A stretch of DNA of 63,608 nt, filler included, from Dimorphilus gyrociliatus (Eukaryota > Animalia > Annelida): assembly GCA_904063045.1 (NCBI GenBank). It is 4 parts of 4 records of this genome, joined end to end, with 100 filler letters (N's around TTAATTAATTAA, not from the genome) between each part and the next. Parts side by side here need not be neighbours in the genome. Positions count along the whole stretch, not along the records: positions 16,035 to 32,786 come from CAJFCJ010000221.1; positions 32,887 to 55,648 come from CAJFCJ010000254.1; 2 more parts are not named here. One strand, given 5' to 3'. The notes beneath the pieces were generated by a model that was not told the origin of the DNA, searched no databases, and saw only the letters and a program-made list of their open reading frames with translations. This document shows positions 26,154 to 37,721 of this stretch, piece after piece (positions within the stretch are counted from its first letter, which is position 1; each line of letters begins with the position of its first letter). The position numbers and the translations under genes were made by a program.

Positions 26154-27059
26154 AAGTAGGTAGGAAATAATAAAAAATTTCAGAAAAAAATTTTTTGAAA
26201 ATTTTTTGAAAAAATCTTTTCTTTTGGAAATTGTTTTAAACATCGATTTTGGTGTATTTTTTCTTTGACTGCTTCCCAATTTCCATTGGGACTCTTGAAA
26301 TATTAGAATTCTGTTTCTCTTTTTTGATTAAATCAAAAAAAAACCTTTCCAAACCCCAACAAGTAAAGAGAATGTGGGATGAGAGGAACTAATACATAAG
26401 CCTTAATCAATGGCTAAAAAACAACACTTTTTCCATGAGATTAACTTTTTTCAATTGAAAATTACAGTTTTTGAGTAAAACATTCAAAAATATTTCTTTT
26501 TCTTGAAAGGGATAAAGATTCTTATACATTTGACTGTTAATTAATCTAAAATTTTTGGTAAAATGTTTGAGTTTGTTTTGTTGATAATTTGTTGTTGTTA
26601 AAACCAAATGATGAAATTCTAAAGTATTATTGAAAATATATTGTAAATGTCTTTATCTTGGTGATTTTGAATTTTCTGATGGTTAAAGTCAGTGTTTAAG
26701 TTTAAGGTTCAGGTTTAAGTTTAACTTGAAGTTGAAGTTGAAGTTTAAATTAAAGTTTCAGTTTAAGTTTGTGTTTAATTTTGATATTAAGTTTGTTTTA
26801 ATTTGTTGTAATTTTGGTTAGTACCTGGTATATTCTTTTTGATCTTTTTAAATGTTTAAAGTTTTGCCAAATCTTTTACAATTCTAAAATGTATAAAAAT
26901 TACCCTTTTTTTATATATTTGGTAAGTTTATAAAATTTTGTGATGAATATTTTTTATATTTTCCACAATTAAGTTTTTTATTCTTAAGCTGAAATTAAAA
27001 GTTACTTTATTTATCAATCAACTTTCAATATAAACTTCACCATATTTTACAATAAAGCA

Positions 27060-27945
27060 TTTCATCAATATTAATAACACACCTAAGTCAACATCTCACT
27101 TATAATCTCTTAAATTTCTCCAATCCATTCTTTACCCAAAACAAACTATCTGGGATTAACTTTTGATGATAAATTTTTCAAAAGTATTCTAAGTCCAAAC
27201 TGGAGGTGAAATCACCCCTTATCTTAGATTCAGTTATATTTCATGGTGTGGTAATGAATAGGGCTCTGGACTGCCCCATGCAAATAGGATTGGTCATATA
27301 TGTACACAGGAAGGAACATAGAATTGAATCTAGGTCTTCTTCTGTTACATTTTATGAAAAGTGACTTACCTGATTGTTATACCTGCGATTTTTGAAAGGT
27401 TACCCTCTAATTACTATAGAACATAGGGTCGAGATACTGGTGATAGAGTTCTAAGGCTGCCAGTCAGCCATCCTCACCTACCACCGTTAACTTCAAAGCT
27501 CCATAGCTCCTCAACTGCTGCGCCAATTTCATTCAAATATTGCACAGTTGCTCAGTTCAATTAGATCTAGCACTGTGAAAAATTTCATAACGATAGGAGC
27601 AAGTTGAAATTTCAACATTCATCAGTGGTTGACTTGCTTTACTGACCACCAAGTAGGTGATTTGTAGAGAAAAAAGTGTGGGATTGAACCAGTACCTATC
27701 CTAAGGTATAGTAAGCTACTCAAGATAGCAACTCCTCAATAGCTACACCAACCCTTAGCCAAAGCTTGGTTATAAGTGTGTGTGCACTTTTGGGATTACC
27801 AGTCTAACCCCAAGACCTAACCCTGAGACTAACCATATCCTAAACTAGGAGTACAGAGAGCCTTGATACTATACACAAGGGGTCTTATGTTAATAGTTCT
27901 GTGAGTGGCCTAACCCCAACCAAAACAAAACCTAACTAACCTTGT
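27060..27945 (+). mobile_element. Decayed retroelement remnant ending in a telomere-like tail
   Basis: KTNYLGLTFDDK (RT thumb-like) near 27140; tail AGTTCTGTGAGTGGCCTAACCC matches the 3' end of the telomeric PLE. Confidence 0.4.
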
Positions 27946-28010
27946 CTTAAAAACCAAACTCATTTTTTCCATGTCAAATTTTAATTGTATTTATTAAAAG
28001 ACTAAAAGCT

Positions 28011-29298
28011 TTAAAGAACATATTCAGATAATTTTCTGGGATAGAGTAACTCTTGAATAGGTAAGAGAATACAATCATTCGTTAATCTTTTGGAAATTTT
28101 CCCTTCAATATTAACATTGTCAACTTGAACATTTCTGAAATTGCCTTGAACAGCTTCATTTACAGCATAATTTTTTTTCCCAATATCGCCCAGCAAACCA
28201 TTGTACCTTTTGTAAAATAGGTCAATATTCTTAAATGAAATATTCATAAAAAAGCCACTATATTGTTTATGTTGTTTTTCAACAATTGTTATTAGATTGA
28301 AATCTTTATTTTGAGTTTCAATGTAAACGTTTTCCCTCAATACTTGAATGTTTATGAAAGGAAATTTGTACTCAGTTCCAGTCATCCACTGAAATTCTTG
28401 CCCATTTACTATGATGGATGATTCATTGACAATTACAAGACCACCTCTGTTCTTAATGATAATTTTATGCATATAATAATCATCTTTAAGAAGGCCTTTA
28501 ACAGCAGTATTTGTTGAATTATCAACAAGTATTGAAATCATTTGACCAGCTCTACCAGTTATGTCATAACAGATGTTTACACCACTTTTGGTGTTTTTAT
28601 CAATAATTCTTTGGGAAAAGTGAGGATCACCTCCTGCACTTGGATTGGCTGGAATAGACAGTACATTAATAATGCCTTATTAAAAGTATGATATTTTTTT
28701 ACCTGGACAATCATTTACCTGGCCAAATGTTGGAGTCCTGATAGACCAGGCATTTGGAGAGTTTTGATCATTCGTAGAACATCTGGAAAAAGTGCCATGG
28801 GATAAATGATTTATTACCTTGCCATTCCATTGGGGTAGTTTGCTACTGAAGATATTATTATCATTATCAATGTTTGACATGACAACTGAATCAACGATCA
28901 CATTTTGATCAAGATTAGCAAAGGAAGGAAATGAATCGCCATTTGCAGCTAAAATTTTAAATATATAGATATTTAATTATTGTACATAATTTAAATATAT
29001 AGCAGGCCTGCTTACTATCATAAAGAACAATCAAAAATTGTTTATCAGTTGGAAAGTCTCCAAAGTATAGTGTACCAATATCTCCAGGCGATAGTCCTGC
29101 AGAAAGGCCACCACCAGTATCAACCCTATAATTACCATCATCACGAAAATCCATTCTTGATATTACATAATCGGAATAACCATTTTCAAGAATCAAAAAT
29201 TCAACCGATTTAGCTGCAAAATTAATTTCATTTAATATCGCTTTGGCTGAAAAACAACCTAAAACCAATTTCAAAAATAGCAAGTAGTTGAAAAGCAT
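28011..29298 (-). CDS. Secreted protein with an uncharacterised N-terminal domain and an ITIH C-terminal-like (GDPHF) domain; three exons
   Basis: Signal peptide, LNEINF, ...TPTFGQVNDCP and GGDPHFSQ; two GT-AG introns restore one reading frame. Confidence 0.7.
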
Positions 29299-30239
29299 TG
29301 CAAATTTTTAAATAAATTATGAGATTTACATCCCATATATATAGGCAATATCTTATTTTACATTTGAAAGGAGAAGAGCATATCCTCTATTCATTGTTAA
29401 AACTTATTGTACCAACCCTTTTATCAGTGATACTAGCCTGAAATAGTAATTTGAATAGATATTTTGAAAAAAATTGAAAGAAGCCTAACTTGGTTTCATT
29501 TGAATTACATTATTTATTAGAAAAACTCTTTAGCATAAAACAATTCTAAAAGAGTTGTATACTGCCTCTGGAATATGTTATACAAATTTAGATTTCTTAC
29601 ATGAAAAAAATGTTCAATGTCATCAAATGAAACATCAATTCTAAGAAAGTAAGCTTATTACACCAAACTTGTTTATATATATATAGATCAAACTAACAGC
29701 TAAAAGACTGAGATCACCTTGATCTTGATATATTAATAATATCATTGTGTGGGTGATGTGGGTGAGGTAGGCACAAATAAATTTAGTATTATTTAGAGAG
29801 CTATATTAGGGTGAGTTCAACAAAAAAGCTCATTTACTTTCCAAAACTTCATTCAGCTCAAACTTTAGATTAAATTTTTAGCAACAAAAGATCTTTTCTG
29901 TTGACCCCTATCACTAACCAAATGGTAGCACTTTCAACATTACTCACCTACTCCATCTACTGAACTCATTTGGCATGAAGTTATCAGTTCAATAAACTAT
30001 AGGTCAATGGTACATTTTTGAAAGTAGAGACAAGGTTAACACGAAGCTAACTGTAACAAAATGTGATACATATTGTACTTTGTTGTATCGCAATTGTAGG
30101 AATTTCGTTCTCGTCCCAACCGTATTCGTCTGTACCGCTCATTTAATATTACACCAACGTACTGGTCCAAATTACATGTATAAGTTGTATGTAACAGTGT
30201 AAAACTTTTACTATATTTTATGCTTAAACTATATTACTG

Positions 30240-30910
30240 TACAATTCGGAACAATGTGACTGTCTAACCTATGCAGGAAAACACAATAAGATTTCATCTA
30301 ATTGTATTTCAATTAGTCATTCTAGATGGGATGCAACAGAAAACGTCCACAAATCAGTGCTTTTACCCTAACCATAACCCAGCCCTTAGCTGTATCTAAC
30401 CTTTTCCATTAGCCCTAACCCTTAGAGGAGACCCTCCTTAGTACAAATCCGTTGCTGTCTTCTTCTTCCTAACCATTTCTCAATCCATAATCAAGCCTTG
30501 AAATTTCTCATTTGAGGGCATTTTCTCTCAACCCCATAATTCATTAGCCTTCCTAAGGTGTGGCCCAGTTATAATTCAATTAGCCCACCTAATTGTTGGA
30601 CCTTGCAACATCCTATTACTAAAAATAAATGTGAATGTAAAGTGATGATTAGCTGTAAGAGGCAAACCTCAAAGTATTTAAACATTCACTGTTTTACCCT
30701 TGCGGTGTCATCCCAATTAAACCATTACCAAATATCACCTGGAAACAACCTTCACTGGAACAAGTCTTCTACTCCTTAATGCTAGATGCTAGTTTGTTTA
30801 AGTATTTTACTTTGAACAAACCATTTAAATTTAAACATTTCTTTAAAGGTTGAGGTAGAACCAGTACTGTTGTAACTTGCAAACTCGAAAGTTGACCAAG
30901 AAAGACCTGT
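30240..30910 (+). repeat. R1 copy interrupted by a MITE
   Basis: Matches 811-1000 and 32350-32780 on either side of the MITE. Confidence 0.7.
30329..30535. mobile_element. Second 207-bp Mutator MITE, opposite orientation
   Basis: Its reverse complement aligns end to end with 7625-7831; same GGAT/GGGG termini. Confidence 0.8.
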
Positions 30911-31414
30911 ACAATAACATAGTATAAGCATAAAATATAATGACAGTTGTACAACTTCTTCTTTCTGAGGATGAGTCCCTTCATCTTGGTTTAATTAAAA
31001 TCAAGGAAGACTGTTCCTGCTTCTCAGATTGATCTTCTTCAAAGCTACAACTTTCTGCGTTTAATATTGGCTGCTATAAGCAGTCATCTTCAACCTTATT
31101 GATAGTTATTTCTTTAGGTGTTTTTATATTTTATGTCTGGGATGAAGAAACCATCACAAACTGTTACCAATTTCCTTATTCCTGCAACAACTGATGCAAT
31201 TGGAATGATATTGTATTGGATAAAAATGAAAGGAATACATAAAAATTTAACACAAAGAATACTGAACAGATTCAGAAAAACAAATGATATCAAATCCTTT
31301 GAGGAAGGCCAACCCTTGAGAGTTGACAGTAGCAGGAAAGGTCAAACCATCTGTTGGAGAACTTCCCAGATCTCGAGGGATTTTATGTACTATTTCGGTT
31401 GGGGGCGATATATA

Positions 31415-32150
31415 CGGTCCGCGACAGAAAGATCCATATATGAAAAAAAAATAATTTTTTGGCAAAAGAGCTTTTTTTTTATTTCTAAGATGAATTTTTT
31501 AGTTTTTTTTTTTAAATTTTTGTTGAAGAATATGTCTGAAATTGAAATTTGGATTCGGTTTGCTTAAAGAAATAGTTTTTTACTAAAAAAAAATTTTTTT
31601 TTACTTAATGTTTAATAATCTTAAAAAAGAACAGAAAAATAGTTTGTCAAAAATTTCCATATATCATCAATTAACTAGTTTGTCTTCATTTTTTTTGTTA
31701 CGTTTCTATATTTTGTATTAATAAAGGAGCTATTTTCCTATACTGTCACCTTTGTTGGTAATAACTTGCCAAATTCTTCCTCCTATTCCTTCACACAAAT
31801 GTTGTACATAGCCTCTGCTGTTTCTATTTATTTTTTCTGTTTCAGCTTGTATTTTGTCCCATAAATGGTCAAGGGTTTGGGGCCTAATTATTTCATAAAC
31901 ATTTTGTTTTAAATAACCCCATAAATTTTCTATGGGGTTGAGGTCTGGTGAATATGGAGGCCAATCCAGCACTTGGATTCTGTTCTCCTCCAGTGTATCA
32001 ATTGTTACCCTGGCAGTGTGTGGAGGTGCATTATCATGTTGCCAGATGAAGTCTTCACCAAATTTTTGGAAGGAAGCTGATCCCTTGAGAGTCTTGGCCT
32101 ATCATCTAGTTGTCAAGTTAGTAGGTGATCTGGACCATGTAGGGCAAACC
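31415..32150 (-). mobile_element. Tc1-like transposon 3' fragment
   Basis: FIWQHDNAPPH...LDWPPYSPDLNPIENLW; candidate terminus TA|CGGTCCGCGACAG at 31413-31427. Confidence 0.8.
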
Positions 32151-32153
32151 TAG

Positions 32154-32786
32154 TGTACAACTTTGGTTATATTTTACATGCTTGAACTCTATTATTTTAT
32201 GCAACATATACATGTACATCTTAAAACCTACGCAAGAAAATGCTAAAACATTGGCCAAACATAAGTCTGATTAGTCAGCTTGAAGGTTCATCTTTAATTA
32301 CCAATAAAGGTTTGGCCAAGTTATAATTTAATTAACTTGCCTAGGGTGTGGCCAAGTTATAATTCAATTAACCTTCCTAAATGTTGAACCTTGTAACATC
32401 CTGTTACTAAAGATAAATATGAACTACACATTTTGGCAACTGTAAAGTGATGATTGGATGTCAGAGACAAACCTCAAAGTATATAAATCCTTATTATTCT
32501 CATTTGGCATGCAGCTTCCATCTGGACCCAAGGACCTGGGAAAATCATCTGGAAACAACCTCCACTGGAACCATCCATCTACTCCTCAACATTGGAAGAC
32601 AGTTTGGTAATTTGGCAACCTGCTATTACAAACTATCTACTCTGCTATTGAACTCTCATATTGTTACTTGCTTAAGTATTATTATTGCGAATAAACCATT
32701 TTAATTTAAACATTTGTTTAAAGGTTCGAGTAGAACCAGTATTGTTATAACTTGCAAACGCATAGATTTTGCCAGCAAGAGCAGTA
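32154..32786 (+). repeat. R1, longest copy
   Basis: 36-bp tandem subrepeat GGCCAAGTTATAATTTAATTAACTTGCCTAGGGTGT; near-identical to the reverse complement of 53641-54016. Confidence 0.85.
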
Positions 32787-32886
32787 NNNNNNNNNNNNNN
32801 NNNNNNNNNNNNNNNNNNNNNNNNNNNNNNTTAATTAATTAANNNNNNNNNNNNNNNNNNNNNNNNNNNNNNNNNNNNNNNNNNNN
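32787..32886. other. Artificial spacer
   Basis: N44-TTAATTAATTAA-N44. Confidence 0.95.
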
Positions 32887-33816
32887 GTTAATTGTCACTG
32901 GCTCTATTTTGAATTTTTCCACAGTATCCTGTTCTGGAAGTGGGAAGAACTTGATGAAGCCCTTCCTTAATAGGAAGAGCTTTTGACCAGTCCATTCATT
33001 GCTATTTGGAGTTCTTTGTTCAGTTTTCTCTAGTTCCAGTAGGAGCTCTCTGTTTCTCTTATTGGCTTCCTCTAATTTATTATTAGCTTCCTGTAATTTA
33101 TTACTAGCTTCCTCCAGCTTACTGGAGCTTGCTTTGATTGTACTTTCTAGCTCTACCACTTTGTTCCTAAGGTCTAGATTATCTTTTCGTAGGTTATTCA
33201 ATGTGGGTCTACTCAGACCCACATAAGAGTATTTATTGTTACAGAGAACTGAGTTCTCATATTGCTCATGAGCTAACTCCTTAGGCAGAGGTGTATTAAA
33301 ATTCTCCAAGAGCTCCAGGGTAACCCCTTGGATACTAACTATTGTTGGTCTGGTACTACAAGGGAACTCATTCGGGTTTGTCCCTCTAATGTCTGGGTTA
33401 CTTTTCTTAAACTTAGCTATTTCTACCCAGTCAGCATTATATAGTAATTGCAACAATGTACTCACTTTCTTGACATGGAAGTGTTCTGTCTCTGGTTGGA
33501 CCATGATAGGAAGGATTCTTATGTTGGTAGTGTTGCAGGTCCTCATATGAAGAGCCAGAGCTCCAACATTGTCTTTGCTTGTTTTTGATTTTTTTAATGA
33601 AAATCCATACATTCTATGTAGTGGAGATATGGTGAAACTAGCCATAGCCCAGTTGCACTTTTTGCAATCAGCAATGAAGAACAAGTGGTCTGAATTACAA
33701 TTGAGGTCTCCCTCAATCTTTTTAGTAATACGGCCATCTCTGGAGCTCCAGGACCCTCCCTGTATTAGGGCTGGGCAAAGTTTGCACTTATTTGTCATGC
33801 ATCTAGAAGCTGGCAT
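32887..33816 (-). CDS. PLE ORF3, partial (cut by contig end)
   Basis: Same as 37870-39075 apart from indels near the contig end. Confidence 0.85.
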
Positions 33817-33944
33817 CTTTAGGAAGTACTTGTTAACACTGTCAAGTGAAGAGGATGACTGAGGTTCTGCACCAGTATATATAGTGGTATAGTTGAGTAC
33901 TGTCAGAGGTGTTGAGTACTAAGTTGTAAGAACTGTTGAAGCTC

Positions 33945-34215
33945 ACTTGAGCTCTTGGAGCTCTATTGAGTTCTTGGAGCTCTACTGAGCTCTTAGAGCT
34001 CTTGGAGCTCTACTGAGATCTTAGAGCTCTTGGAGCTCTACTGAGCTCTTAGAGCTCTTGGAGCTCTACTGAGTTCTTGGAGCTCTACTGAGCTCTTCAA
34101 GGTCTCCTGTGGTATTGGAGCTCAACTGAGCTACTGTAGCTCCTTGGAGCTCTTGGACCTTATTGTGGCTAACTGTAGCTTTTGGAGTTCATTGTAGCTT
34201 GTAGAGCTTGTTGTA
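33945..34215. repeat. GAGCTC palindrome-rich tandem repeats between the RT stop and ORF3
   Basis: GAGCTCTTGGAGCTCTACT / GAGCTCTTA units, repeated at 39204-39474, about 44340-44610 and about 49560-49830. Confidence 0.9.
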
Positions 34216-34229
34216 GCTGCTGAAATTCA

Positions 34230-36506
34230 TTACAGTTCTTGGAGTTCACTTTGGCTTTTCTGGAGTAGAATTTTTTCTATGTGTTTTTCCATCATCTCAT
34301 CAACTTTCTTATTGATAAGCCAGTGTCTGGTAGTAGTTGGGATCCTAAAGGCAGTTATTGACTTATACATTTGGAAGTGAGAACTGTTAGGGGCTAGCTG
34401 GTGGATTGTTCTCTTGACTTTCTCAGCTATTAGTTGGGCTCCATTGTGTTGTGGTATGAGGAGTGGTACCATTTCCTTGGTGGTAAAACCTTCATGTTTA
34501 TTAAGACCATGTGGGAACAGTGTATCCAAATGGTTGATGATTTCAGTTTCTTTTCTCATTAACCAAACTATTACTGAGCTCTCTGTGAGTTCCTTAGGAG
34601 CTACAGCAGCTATGTAGATCTTGAACTTCTTGATATCATGTGTTGCCATATGGTTATATAGTGGTCTATCTATCTTGTTTTTGAAGCCCAAATTATGGGT
34701 ACCCCATCTACACTTGATAGTATCTGTAGTCATACCCACATATGCTAACCCACACATAGAGCATTGTAGGATATAGACACAACCCTTGGTGTTACAGTTA
34801 ATGCTTTGGGTTAAGCTCCAAGAGTTGACCTGGTATAGGTCAAATACCTCATCTCTGGAGTCCAGTCTGAGGCAAGTATCACATCTAGTGTTACAACATT
34901 TATTGACTTTATACCTCAGTGCCTTTTTTTCTTCAGCTCTGGTGTTGAATTTTTTAATGGTGTCCCTCCCCATTCTCCAGGTGTAGCCATTGACTTTATT
35001 GATTCTAATGAGATCTTTGAACTGTGAGATAGCCATTTTGGGATCTTTGCAGTTTCTCATATATCTAGTTAGCTGGCTCATTAGGATACCTCTGAATGTG
35101 TGTGGTGGATGATTGGATTTGGTGTGTAGCAGTATTCTGGAGTCAGTAGCCTTAAAATGGGTTTCCCAGGAAAGAGAGTTCCCTAGTATATGTAGGTCCA
35201 GGTCCAGAAAAGTACTTGATTTAGGGTTCTGGGACCAAGTGAGCTTGATATCTGGATTTCTGTTGTTTAGTCTTGTCTTGAACTCCATGATGTCCCTGTC
35301 TGGTTTAGTGACCAAAATGATATCATCAATGTACCTGCCATAGTACTCAATGTCCTCTGTAAAATCTGTGACCAATTCGTGTTCCCAGGTGTGTAACACT
35401 ATGTTTGCATATGCTGGACTAAATGGAGCTCCCATAGCTGTGCCCTTTATTTGCAGGAACCTGTGGTTCCCAAAGGTGAAATCATTGTTGTTGAGACAAA
35501 TCCAAAGGAGTTCCAAGATTAGTTCATCAGGTCTACCTTCATGGTAGTGGGTTAACATGAACTCTTTAACAGCTTTTATGCCCCATTGAGGGTTAATGCT
35601 TGGGTATAGAGCTTCTACATCTGCTGTGAAGATCCCTCTGTTTTGCCAATTATGTATCATAGATAGTTTGCCAATGCAATGTTGGGTGTTTTTAACATAG
35701 CTAGTGGTACTTTTTGCCATTTTGACCAGATAGTGATCAACAAATTTAGATATTTTATATAGATCAGAGCCTACATAGCTCACCACTGGTCTCCCCTTGG
35801 GGATCCTATATGGTACTCTCCATTGGGAGCTGTGTTTATGAATTTTAGGTAGGAGGTAAAACTTTCTATCTCCTGGGCTATTCTGTGGAGCCATCAGAGT
35901 TGCTGTAGATTTGGTAATAATTTTCATTGTAACCAATTCATTAAGGATTTCATTTAACCGGGTCCATTGGGTAGAGCTTATTTTATTGCTGACCTGTTTG
36001 TAGGTTGTTCTGTCACAGAGCTGTGTCATGGCTTCAAAGACATAGTCCTCTTTGTCCATTAAGACAATCCTTCTTCCTTTATCAGCTGGTTTAATGATAA
36101 TGTTAGGATGATTGTTGAGGAAGTTTTTCATTAGGCCTTGATTTTCAAAACCCTTCTGGGCTCTATTAATTTTTTCAGAGCCCTTTATAATGTTATATAT
36201 CCTGTCTGTGATATGGTTAATTTCTGGAATATGACTAGAGGGCATGTAATTTAACTCCCTCATTAGTTCAGGTAGAGATGGTGCTTGTATGTCAAGAAGT
36301 TTTTTCTTTAGTGGATTATTTCGAAATCTTGGTGTACCATTTTTCTCAATGATCTTTAGCCATTTTAATGTATAATCCAAGATCCCTGTGAAGTGCAAGT
36401 TTATAAATTTGTTTGGGGCCCAAGTCCAGGCAAAGCCTAGACCTTGTGCCATAGTGTTCAGGCAAGAACTCTTGATGTTAGAGTTCCTACATAGGTTAAA
36501 AACCAT
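34230..36506 (-). CDS. PLE reverse transcriptase with C-terminal GIY-YIG endonuclease (Neptune/Naiad-like Cys linker)
   Basis: KPADKG, TADVEALYPSI, GTAMGAPFSPAYAN and RYIDD; CCNTRCDTC linker; VYILQCSMCGLAYVG...R...H...E...GLN; reading frame open upstream to about 36605. Confidence 0.97.
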   Translation of the reverse strand: MVFNLCRNSNIKSSCLNTMAQGLGFAWTWAPNKFINLHFTGILDYTLKWLKIIEKNGTPRFRNNPLKKKLLDIQAPSLPELMRELNYMPSSHIPEINHITDRIYNIIKGSEKINRAQKGFENQGLMKNFLNNHPNIIIKPADKGRRIVLMDKEDYVFEAMTQLCDRTTYKQVSNKISSTQWTRLNEILNELVTMKIITKSTATLMAPQNSPGDRKFYLLPKIHKHSSQWRVPYRIPKGRPVVSYVGSDLYKISKFVDHYLVKMAKSTTSYVKNTQHCIGKLSMIHNWQNRGIFTADVEALYPSINPQWGIKAVKEFMLTHYHEGRPDELILELLWICLNNNDFTFGNHRFLQIKGTAMGAPFSPAYANIVLHTWEHELVTDFTEDIEYYGRYIDDIILVTKPDRDIMEFKTRLNNRNPDIKLTWSQNPKSSTFLDLDLHILGNSLSWETHFKATDSRILLHTKSNHPPHTFRGILMSQLTRYMRNCKDPKMAISQFKDLIRINKVNGYTWRMGRDTIKKFNTRAEEKKALRYKVNKCCNTRCDTCLRLDSRDEVFDLYQVNSWSLTQSINCNTKGCVYILQCSMCGLAYVGMTTDTIKCRWGTHNLGFKNKIDRPLYNHMATHDIKKFKIYIAAVAPKELTESSVIVWLMRKETEIINHLDTLFPHGLNKHEGFTTKEMVPLLIPQHNGAQLIAEKVKRTIHQLAPNSSHFQMYKSITAFRIPTTTRHWLINKKVDEMMEKHIEKILLQKSQSELQEL

Positions 36507-36577
36507 ACTTGGTTCTGTTTTATTGATAAAAACATGTTTAAAAACATTATAATTGTTATGCTGTTGTGCTTGAAGAG

Positions 36578-37360
36578 TTAGGAGTTTCCCTGGTCCATAG
36601 TCTCCTCATCAGCACTCATTTTCTCTGTAATTCCTTTAAATAAGACAGTCATGATTGCCAATTCCTTTCTTAGTTCTGAGATTTCATCCTTAGAGTTCTT
36701 GTAAGGTTCTTTGTGTCTGGTTTTGTCTGCTGGTTTCTTGGATCTCTGTATGGTAGGGAGCTCTTTGAAATTTTCATGGAGCTCTCTATTGAAAGAGTCA
36801 TCTAAGGGAGCTTTTAGATTTTTGGTAACCAAGTATACACTTTCTTTAAGTTGGGCCCAATTAATCTTTTTGCCATATTTTTGTATCGATCTGGTTTTAG
36901 CTACTTCAATAGCTTTCTTAACCTCTGATTGATTGTAATTTTGCTGATCATTTTTTATCTTGTCCCTCATTTTAGAGAGCCTCTCATTGAGCTCCTCCAG
37001 CACCACTCTATTTGTTTCTCTAGCACAAGTATTGGCTATTTCATGTAGTTGGTTGAGTCTTTCCCCAGTAATGGGACCTCCTGTGATTCTAATTGAGTCC
37101 ATCATATCCATGGCCTTTTTGGTCCAAGGGTTATATTCCTTAAGTCTCTCAATCTGGTGAATAGAACTGTAAGTTTTACTCATAGCTCTAGTCAGGGCTT
37201 TTTCCTTGTCACTTAGAGAACCTTTAAAACCATTTGCATCAGGTGCAGTCTGGCTCTTTGTGACTTGTACCCATCTGGGTTTGTCTGGAGCTCTGGAGTA
37301 GGGTGTCTTTCTTCCTGTTTTTTTTGTTCTTCTAGGAGCTTGGTTTTGTTTAGGGTCCAT
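36578..37360 (-). CDS. PLE ORF1, a basic coiled-coil protein (260 aa from MDPKQ)
   Basis: First ATG at 37360; helical heptad-rich segments; lies directly upstream of the RT. Confidence 0.85.
   Translation of the reverse strand: MDPKQNQAPRRTKKTGRKTPYSRAPDKPRWVQVTKSQTAPDANGFKGSLSDKEKALTRAMSKTYSSIHQIERLKEYNPWTKKAMDMMDSIRITGGPITGERLNQLHEIANTCARETNRVVLEELNERLSKMRDKIKNDQQNYNQSEVKKAIEVAKTRSIQKYGKKINWAQLKESVYLVTKNLKAPLDDSFNRELHENFKELPTIQRSKKPADKTRHKEPYKNSKDEISELRKELAIMTVLFKGITEKMSADEETMDQGNS
36584..36590 (-). promoter_or_regulatory. -1 ribosomal frameshift slippery heptamer G GGA AAC
   Basis: XXXYYYZ in the correct ORF1 phase, one codon before the stop; the -1 frame is open into the RT; also at 41843-41849 and 47205-47211. 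Confidence 0.75.
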
Positions 37361-37721
37361 TGCCAAAGTCTGTACTGGGTAGGTTAGGGTTTGGTAAGGG
37401 TTATGGGTTAGGCCACTCACACAACTCTGGTAATGTTTTTGGGAACTGGTTAGCTAGTGTTCCAGTGTAATACCTAACTTTTACTCAATGTTAGGTAGGG
37501 GTTCTCCTTGGTCAGGATTATAGATCTGGGCTCCCAGTCTTAGTCAGGTTTTGGGAACTGGTTAGTTGGTGTTCCAGGGTTCTACCAATTTTCCAATAGG
37601 TAGGAGTTCTCTATGTCTGAGCTCCTTTGTGCTTCAGTGCTCTGTCAAACTCTTAGTCTTATTCAATAACAATTAAATTTTTTCTTTTTCATCAACTTTT
37701 TATTTTAAACTTTAAAACATA

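Noticed and set aside
27580-27630. Possible hammerhead on the minus strand (CTGATGA plus a palindrome)
   Set aside because: No correctly placed GAAA, stem I or stem III.
33945-34215. CRISPR-like array
   Set aside because: No unique spacers and no cas genes; these are short eukaryotic tandem repeats.
37361-37420. 20-aa N-terminal extension of ORF1 from GTG
   Set aside because: It lies in the telomere-like tail; the first ATG at 37360 is the more plausible start.
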